From: Eutreptiella sp. 'Long Island Sound 2002'
Lineage: Eukaryota > Protista > Euglenida
Direction of reading: 5' to 3'
DNA length: 64,000 nt
Assembly (NCBI GenBank): GCA_964036045.1
Contig: OZ038378.1
Coordinates: 7,440,001-7,504,000, forward strand
Shown: positions 21,639 through 31,100 of the stretch, piece by piece
Layout of the letters: each line of letters starts with the position of its first letter
How positions within the stretch are numbered: position 1 is the first letter of the stretch
The notes under the pieces: generated by a model
Seen by the model: only the letters and a program-made list of their open reading frames with translations
What the model was told of the DNA's origin: nothing
The model's database searches: none
Program-made: the position numbers and the translations under genes

Positions 21639-23539
21639 GGGTGCGGTTTACGACAAAAACCATTTGTTTGATGCAAGTTAGGTGTGTCAGCCTTGGCCAT
21701 TTAGGATTCCAGGCCATTTTGATGTGACAAGGGGCCAATGGCATTCTTAATAAAGAAACCAAATTTTAGATTCAATTGGTCATTTAGACCTAGTAGCATT
21801 GGGTTTCCCTTCGTTGGCAATAGTTTCAGGTTGCCATGGTGATATCATTATGTATCATCATCATGGCCACCATGCCGGTTTGGGGCCGGTTTAAGCCCAG
21901 TATTGAGGTTTCGGATCATTTTTTGTGACCTTAAGGGGCATTGAGCTTGACCTTTGAATGTTAGAAATGCTTTAAACGCAGTAGAGCCTTGACATCACAC
22001 TGTGGTAAAAGTTAGGTCCATATGAGGCACACCTTTTTACTACCACACAACAACTCCAAAACAAACACAGACATAGCCCCTAACCACTAGTAAGTAGTGT
22101 CTAGCAACGACGATACATCTTTGAGTTGGACACTTTGTTGAGCCAAAAAGAGGCTTTGAAATACAAAAAGAACCAAGCCAAAACTCAACCATAGACCGAG
22201 GATATGACTATCATCCTTCGAGGGCACCTTGGTAGTGACGCGTTACCGTGGGGGGTCTTGTCCATGGGGCACGCTAGGGCGGACACGCTAGCAGGCACGG
22301 AAATCGTTGTTCGTTCAAGTAAAGAAAATGAACACGGTGATCATACCCCGACAAATCACAGTAATCGTGCAATGAACTCCAACCTCATGAAGACGATGCA
22401 CTGCTCTTGAATAGAGGTATTCCATACCAGACTTCACGTGCTGGCCCTTATTGTCCAAAAATACCAACAGTGATAGACACAAGTGACTATCGCAATGAAT
22501 ACATGCAAACAATACATACATGCATCTTGTCATTGTGTGCGCTGCTCCGTCCTTGCCCTCAGTTGCACACATATCAATATGCAACCTACAATGGTCCTAT
22601 ATGATCGACTCTGCTCATTTTCATTACATCTTGTGCATTCTAGCATGTCTTGGTTGATGCTCGTAGCAACAACTTTTTTGAAAAAACTTTTCATGGACAT
22701 GCGTATGATGAAGTACACACTTTCGTCAACCCCGCTAATATTTTTGCGAATTGGCCACTTTTGACAGGCAAAAATTCGGCAATGGGGATAAATTAGTCGA
22801 ATTGGCCAAGAAAATTTAGATCCGAAACCTTATTTATGAATGATTTTTCACGGCAAATAATGCCGCACAAGTGCATTTTTGCATGCATATTCATTGCTAA
22901 AAGAGTAGGACTGCAAGACATCAGTTCAAAAAAGGACATGCAAATGAGATCGAAAGAAGTCACATGATAAAGAAAAGGAAACCCAACTTTTTCGTACAAA
23001 CAAAAGATTTACAGATTTGTGAGCAAAGACTTTTCATTTCCCGGCGCTCAACAATACACGCTACAGTTTGAGCGCAAAACAAAAAGATAAACAAAGTAAT
23101 CAAGATTAGCTATTGGTTCATCAAGATCCAACTTGGTAGGTTGAAATTATGAATTCTTTATTGTACCTTTGTGATGTTGCATGCGTAATTTTGCTTAATC
23201 GGTACACATGTCTTGGATTAAAATGGACGGAGTACAAATTATCAAAACAAATGTTTGCAATGTTCTTAATTTAGATGAAATATTTTTCAGCTTATTAGCT
23301 GCTTCGAGCCCCTATTTGCTATGCAATTAATACACATAGAGTAGGAAGACAACTAGTTCAATGTACAACAACTTTTCTGTTTATGGTACCAAGCACCATG
23401 CAGGGAAAGGCTGGACAAAGCAAAGATTCATGTGACGCTTCATTTTCACAACCCTTGGACATGATATGATGTATCATGTCTTAATTCTACATGTCCGTAA
23501 TGCGCTCCGTGATGAATATATGAAAATACCTACAACAAC

Positions 23540-24079
23540 AGTGAAGTGGACCCACAATCCTAAGCACCACAGGTTAAAAAGGTTTTGACAGATCGACACA
23601 TTGATGTCATTTTACTGGCATGCATGTCATTTGCTGATGCATGATGATCATGATTTGGATGGTCACTGATGCATGATGATCATGATTTGGATGGTCATTT
23701 ATACTGATTTTGTATCATTGCAACCCTGTGTCTCTAAGGCTATTGGAGTCGCTTTTACTACTATTTAACACAGTTTCGTGCTATGCGCCCCTCTTTGAGT
23801 GGGAGCCTTTGTGGGCTATTGGCGCTATTCATTCTTTTGCTCTTGGTAGGAAATACCCATGGTGGTCACATGTGCACAACACAAATAACAAGCAAAGGGC
23901 AATAGAGAAAGCAAATAAGCAAAGCGTGTAAAGTAAACGAAGTGAATGGAAGACTGCGAGTGTAAATAAGTCAGTGGTTTGTCACATACTCTGTGTTTGT
24001 ACAGCCTCAGTGTGATACAATGAATGAGTCCAAGGTGCAGTGCTTTCTAAGGGGTGCTGGTTAGAGCCTAAATCTTAGT
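23540..24079 (+). repeat. 5' LTR of element 2
   Basis: Direct repeat of 34874-35413; contains a 32-bp tandem duplication CTGATGCATGATGATCATGATTTGGATGGTCA. Confidence 0.93.
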
Positions 24080-24208
24080 GGTAGCAGAGCGAACGATTCT
24101 GAAGGTGTCAACTATACAAAGGCGCCTGATCTGTCTGTGTCTGTCTGTTCTGTCAGTTCTGTGAACAGTTCTGCCTGTTTGAATCTGAACTGTGATAAGA
24201 CGAGTGAC

Positions 24209-25538
24209 ATGGATTCCCCAACCACAACTGAGGCGAAAGAAAAAGACACCCCTACAACAACCTCCACAGATGAGTCCCATGAGACCACCTCAGAGTCTGT
24301 GAAAGAATACAGACGAGAATTAAAGGAAGTCCTTGAATCTAAACCCTCATCCTCAGAAAACCGTGCGTCTAAAAGTCTCAACCCTGATCCAGAGGTAAAG
24401 GTGCGAGATGTGTCGGGTCCCAGCGCAGAGACAGAAGTGCGCGAGGACACTCGTGAACACGAACCCATGCGCGAAGACGCTCGAGGTGAAAGGCACGAAA
24501 GCGTCGACAGGGACGACGCCAAGCACGAAGACGGCAGCGTAGGTGAACCGGAGGAATGGAAGCAAGCAGTTGACTTTGCGAAGGAACTAGCGAGCGAGGG
24601 TAAGCTAGAGTGGTTTAGGACCATGATGGCCAGGATTGAGTCAGGGAGAGTGGACGAGAGGAAGGATGAGGATAGGGAGTCGAGAACAACAGTGTCCGAG
24701 AGGTCAAAAGGGAAGAAGCATGACATAGGTGAGTTCAAGTTTGGAAAACCAGGACCACCTTCCTCACCTCCCACTTCCTCGACAAGTTCTCACACTTCTC
24801 GTTCGACAAAGACGAAAAGGTCGACAACCAGCAAAGGTGCGTCGGTGGCGTCCACGACGTCGAAGCTGAGCCGTGCGACGGAAATCCAAGACTCGTTGTC
24901 GAAGATGTTGGAGGAGCAGAAGAAGATCTCCCGACGGTTAGACGAGTTGGAGGAGTCCGGGAAAAGTCGCATCGAAAGTGACCTGAACACTTCTGCGCTC
25001 TATAAGGTAACCGGACTCCACCTGTTAGACGAACATCAGAAAGGCATTTCACCCTTCCTTCCGAGGATCAAGGAGTCGTACCTGCCGGACGAGTTTGCTG
25101 TGAGGATCAAGGTGGGTAGCTTGCAGGAGGCGCGCGACAAGCATGGGTTAACGGCGCTTGCACTGCTCGCCGTTTCACCTTCCAAGGTGGATGACAGCGA
25201 TCTCGACGACAGCAAAGATTCAGGGAGTGGTACGAAGGGCACAGCGAAAGGAAAGCTGGAGATACCTCTACCTGTGTTCACTGGGAAGCGCCTCGACCTG
25301 TACGCGCGTGACTTCGTGAGGTACCTACGAATGACAGGGCAGAAAGCTGCAGATGAGATGACCCGCGCTGACCTGATCGTGACAGGCTGCAAGAACGAAT
25401 GGCTTCGAGGAGTGGTAGACGACATCTTAACCACGTCGGAATCATGGGTACACTTTCTGAATCAAGTGGAGTCTGCCTTCCCTCACTTCGAGACGGATGC
25501 ATCCATTCGCGGAGCCTTGGAGAAAGTACAGAAACTTA
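24209..25538 (+). CDS. gag: Gag of element 2, 5' part (interrupted by nested TIR element)
   Basis: ORF 24137..25543, first ATG at 24209, with retrotransposon gag-like LPVFTGKRLDLYARDF. Removing 25539-27252 fuses it in frame (..VQKL|KELPTP..) to 27253-28124, giving 734 codons. Confidence 0.85.
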
Positions 25539-27247
25539 CTTAGGCGGCTCAAGTTGCATGGTATAAAACGACAGAAAGTGCCCAAAATACAGGGCCTCAA
25601 AAAGCATCAAAAGAACCATTCTCTGGCTCGCAAAAAATCAAGCCGTTTTTGAAACACCAAAATAACTCTTATGTAAGGAATTTTTGCCTTTTCTTGGCCC
25701 TGATGGGTCCAGGAAATGCATTCTTTGGGGCAATGGACTGTTTCTTGCGCGAGGCCTCGCGCAAGAAGCAGTCCTTTGCCCCTTCAAAGTCAGGTAATGA
25801 TGGTAGAATTGAGGAATCAAGCAGGCGCCTACACTGGAGTGACATTACAGGCACCCTTGACTTGATCACATTGTACAATATGTTTAGGCGGGCGGACATT
25901 CAGCGCTCTAAACAAGCCTTGAAAATCTCATTGATGACTCAAGAAATTATTTCTAATATTGTTGCATTCCTAACAAAAGGAACACATACGTTGGAGGTGT
26001 TGCACAGGGTCCATCCTTCAGCATTGCCCATGATGCACACCTGCAACACGTTATGGGGAGTGTAGAGCAAAAAAAAGAGTATCACTGGTAACACATGAAG
26101 CATGTCCACTCAACAGATGATGCCGAGCTGGACAGGGACCCCCCTTGTAGCTTTGGCCTTAGAAGAATTGATCCTTCCGTGGTTGACTATAGATCAAAGT
26201 AAAATGTGCAAAGAAAATATGAATGTGCCATGCGTGGCACTTTTTTGAGCGTTTGTTTGGGCCAAAAAAACTGATTTTTTGGAGAGTAAAATGCAATGTA
26301 GTGCAAACGACACCAATTCTCAAGATGATGTTCGATACCTGGAGAAAGAAGGTGCCCTCGGGGAAGCAGTCTGCCAAGCGCAGGGGCTGACCAAGCCCAA
26401 AAACAGTTTTTCCGCCTCCGGGGGGGGCAAGCTTCTGGTAAATTTCAATGACTCAACGACAATTTAGGTACTCGTTGCTTCAGTGAACGTTGTGCACAAG
26501 TGCTATCAGATGAGAACCCCTCACAATGGTACAAAGAATATATTTTCTGGGCCTTTTTTTGCGCGAGGCCTCGCGCAATGAGGAATGCAATGCAGTCCCA
26601 GAACTTGAAAGTCACAACCTATACCTCTTTTTTTCAGGCAGTGCAAATCAAAAATCAAACCGTTGGGTGGGTAGTAAGACCACTCGACCCTGAAGCCTGT
26701 TTCCGAAGGAAAATGAATCGGGTGAGGTTTTTGGTTTAGTAAGTTATGCGCGAGGCCTCGCGCATGGGTTAGCCCTTGAACCACATGTTGCATATGCTTT
26801 GCATTGATATTGAATCCGCCATGCCTCTGTTTCAATGATCCTTGGTCTTGATTGCGCGAGGCCTCGCGCATAGAATTCGACCAATAAATCATTTTTCCAG
26901 GTATGCAATGAACATGCAGAACAGAAAATGATGTTGCAATCATTTTTTCTGCAGACCATGTTCATCCAAAAAAACAAGGGGAACGGAAAATGAATTTATT
27001 GGCCAATTTCTGCTAAAAGCGGATCATTTTCCACTGAAATCGTAAGATTTATTTATTTTTTCATAGTTTTTTTTTGTTTTCGACTGTCCACAAAAAGGCA
27101 CAAAATGGCACAAATGGTAAGAAAGATACTTTCTTTGGACTAATCTTCTGTTTCCAAAAAACTGAGCCTGTGAAAAACTATTTTTTTGCATGGTCCAAAT
27201 TGGGTACATTTGGTGTAATTTTGACCATGCAACTTGAGCCGCCTAAG
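25539..27247. mobile_element. Nested non-autonomous TIR DNA transposon, 1709 bp, 5-bp TSD
   Basis: Perfect 24-bp TIR CTTAGGCGGCTCAAGTTGCATGGT at 25539-25562 and 27224-27247. TSD ACTTA at 25534-25538 and 27248-27252. Exact removal restores the gag frame. Confidence 0.95.
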
Positions 27248-27252
27248 ACTTA

Positions 27253-28124
27253 AAGAACTCCCAACTCCTGCCGATGTTCGTCAACTGCTGCAGAAGCTCA
27301 AAAGCCTTATGACCCAGTTGAAGATTCCTATGTCCGAGACCGAGAAACTCCTTTTGCTGACCCGAAAGATTCAGAAGAAGACTTGGACCGAATGTCGGTC
27401 GACCGTGGAAAGGAAGGCGAAGACGCACACCTATCAAGACTTGGCTGACTTGCTGGAGGAACTCGCCCTCGAACAAATATCAGACCAACATGTCGAAGGT
27501 GAACGCGAAGCTCAACTCAATTTCCTGAAAGGAGGGAACGAGAACAAAAACCAGAACCAAGAACCGCCTCCCGAAGCTGGTCAAGACGAAGAAATCCAAG
27601 ACTTATACTGGTCAGAAGGACAAAAAGGCAACGGAGGCAAAGGCAAAGGAAAAGGACGTGGGAAAGGCAGCGGTCGTGGAGGCGGTCGCGGAGAGTGGGT
27701 ATGGCAACCGCCTCAATTCCATTCCATCGTGTGGTGCGAGTACTGTGGGAAAAAGAACCATGCTCATGACCAATGCTGGACGAAAGAAAGGGACGAGAGG
27801 AAAGCCCGCGCTGCAGCCAAGAAACAAGGAGAAGATCCTGGCAAAGGGAAAGGCAAAGGCGACGGAAAAGGCAAAGGCGACGGAAAGGGCAAAGGCAACG
27901 GAGAGAAAGGTGGCAAAGGGGAATCCGGCAAAGGACAACCAAGCCAAACCACACCGCCACCCAACGCGATTCCCTTGCCTGAAACCGCTGAAGGAGAAGA
28001 AGGACCAAGCAATCGAAAGAGAAGGAGGTTCCTCAAGCTTCAAGAGAACCTTACCAACATGGCCAAATCCTGTGGACTTGCGTTGACGATGGACGCAAAG
28101 CCACTCCCTCCGCAAGACAAGTAG
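27253..28124 (+). CDS. gag: Gag of element 2, 3' part with CCHC knuckle
   Basis: CEYCGKKNHAHDQC and GKGKG repeats; ends in TAG (28122-28124) in frame with pol. Confidence 0.88.
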
Positions 28125-31100
28125 GGAGGCGGCTCTTTGGGGAAGGGCTACCTGTTGCCAGTCGAAGTAACCGAAGCATCCGCGATTGAAAGTTTTATTG
28201 ATACGGGGGCTACGAGTAGTATAATGGCGGCGAAACACGTACCTGAGGGAGAAATTGAGTACGCGCCGAGTGTAGGTATTCGTATTGGCGACGGGAGAAT
28301 ATGCCTGACCGAAGGGAAGTACAGAGGGACGGTGATTCTGGGGAGAAGGAGATTACCGAAAAGTTTCTTAGTCCTCGAGACGGACGCGTTCGACGCAGTG
28401 CTCGGTGAGGACTTCTTCGAGGAGAACCCGGAGATTCGTTACCTGGGCCTTCAGTCACCGAGACACCTCCTAGTACGGACAGACGACGGAGAGTGGGAGA
28501 AGGTGCACCTCGAAGAGACCGCGGAGATTGTCGAAGGAGTAAAGGTCTTGAGGGACATCAGCTTTGACCTGGACACGGAAGTTAAGGTCGAAGGGCTGCT
28601 GCGTTTGGAGAAAGAAATGCTACTAACCCTGGAGACCTACACCTTAGCGACAGAGATGAAGGTACACGCGTACGAGGAGTTGAACATCGAAGGTGATCCC
28701 TGCGGTGACGATTTTATCGAACTCTTCGCTAACCACGTTAACACAGACAGCGAACTCTACTGTTGGAGACAAGGCAACAGCGCCTGGTGGTACGATTGGC
28801 GAGACCTGGGGAGATGGAAGTACCTGTACGCCAACCCACCGTTCTCCCAAATGGAGAAAGTCCTGACGAAAGTCGTGTTGGAAGGTGCACGAGTAATCCT
28901 TGTCGTACCTGAAGAAGGGAAATGGATGAAGAAAGCGTGGAGAGAATTACTGACCAAGCTGACAATAACCCAAGTACGACTACCCGATGTTCCTATGTAC
29001 AAAGTTGACTACGGGGTGGAGCTACTGCCCGCTCCCAAGTGGCGAACGAATTTATGTCTTGTTGACGGATCGCTCAACCCGGTGGCGCGAGAGGACTTGA
29101 ACCCCGAAGTTGTCGAGAAGATCACAAAGAACAACCGAGGATGGGGAAGAAAGCACATGTTACAACACTTTCTTGACCTGAAGGAATCGCAACAAGACCG
29201 AAAACGCGAAGACATGAAGGTGACCATCAAAGAACTACCCAAAGGAAACCGAGAATTCCCGGCGGAAGAGAAAGGTGAACTCTCGGAAGAAGCGCACGAC
29301 AGCGATGGGCTGTCGGAAGCTCCTAGTATAAGCACCATCGCACCTGTGACTGAAGGGAGCTACCCAACTTCGATGGAGTACGAGGACATGTTCAACGACG
29401 TTCTTTTGGCTTGTGAAAACGAAGAATTGTTGCTCCGACGAACCATCGAGGAGAACCTACAGCCGAAGAGCGAATGGCATGGATTTCAGTATGGGTTCGA
29501 AACAAAGAAGCGAAAGACGAATCTAGCTAAGCCGACAGAGTCGTGGCCCATGTCAACGCAGGATCGAGAAGAAGTGAAGGCCCTACTCTGGACGCGCATC
29601 GATCAGATTCAGAAAGAGGAGTTGAAAGACCTCTGGAAGTCTAAGGTTTACTTGCCCGATCACGATGATGGAGCGACAGACGAGTACTCGGAGGTCTTGA
29701 ACTACACCGATCTGTGTGACCTGTTAGAAGAGTACAGGGAGACTACGGACTACTATGCCGATGAGGAACTCAACACAGGTGGCGCGAAGAGATGCAAGAA
29801 GAACAAACGCCAGAGGAAGAAAGAACGTACCAAAAGATGTGAACGTGCTTTTGGGTTGACTGAAGTCGGGATACCCGAAGAAGTGAAACCGGACGGTCTC
29901 CACAACCAAAAAAAGGATGAGTTCGGGCGAAGCAACCTGCAAGCGAGCGAGGACTTCATGAGCAAAGTTAAAGAACACGACGAGCGTGTGTGGAACATCT
30001 TACACAAGTACCAAGAGGTGTTCGGACCATTGCCATCACCTGGAACCTGTAAAAAGCTGGTACCGCTTGACTTGGAGCTGAAAGAAGAGCACGCCAAAGA
30101 TCGAATAAGGTCGAAGCCTTATCCGTGTTCCAAAGCTGACATGGACGAGATCATGCGGCAAGTTTTGGAGTGCGTGGAGGCAGGGCTGATCGAGGAATAC
30201 AAGGAGGGAGACTACCCCAAGCATTGTTCCCCTTGTTTCCTAGTGGCGAAGCCAGGGTCTACGGCGAAGAGGTTAGTCGTGGACTACCAAAAGCTCAACC
30301 GCAAGATCAAGCAGCACAGTGGGTCCCTGCCGTTTATGGAGAACACGGTGGAAAACGCAGCGGACTGCAAGTTCAAGACGAAGATGGACAAGAGGTCAGG
30401 CTTTTGGCAAGTGGACCTGACGGAGCGCGCAAAGGACATGATGGCTTTCATCACTCCACAAGGCCGTATTTTCAAGTGGCGAGTGATGCCTTTTGGCATT
30501 AGCAACGCCCCAGCCTTGTTCCAGGAGATGATGTCTCAAGTCCTGTGCCTCGTCAAGAAGAGACCAGCCGTTCAAGAGCTACTCACAAGAGGTGCCGTGT
30601 TGGAGGCGCACATTGACGACGTGCTGCTAGGGACCAACTCGGTCGAGGACCATTTGGTACTCTTGAGTGAGTTTTTCGAAGTCTGTCAAGAGCAACACTT
30701 GAGGATAAAGCTGGAGACGTGCGAGTTCCTCCGGAGTGAAATGGAGTATCTGGGGTTTACAATTGGACCGGGATGGTGGAAGCCAACGGATGCAAAGTTG
30801 CGACCATTGCTCGACTTCGACCTGTCTGAAGTCAATGGAAAGGCCGAAGGTGTCAAGAAAATACGCCAGTTCGTGGGGTCGTGTAACTTTTACCGAAGAC
30901 ACCTGAAGAACTTCACCTTCAGCAGTGCACCCTTGACCGACCTCATCAAGAACGAGACCAAGTGGCAATGGACAGAGAAAGAGCAAGCAGCACTAGAGGA
31001 AATGAAAGGAAAGCTTAAGAACTGCCTGATCTTAGGCGTACCTCGGCCAGTCGGTGAGATGTTGCTGGTTACGGACGCGTCGGATGTTGGAGGCGGAGGT

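Noticed and set aside
25649-26943. Short ORFs inside the nested TIR element as a transposase
   Set aside because: Fragmented, with no DDE or DNA-binding motif recognised.
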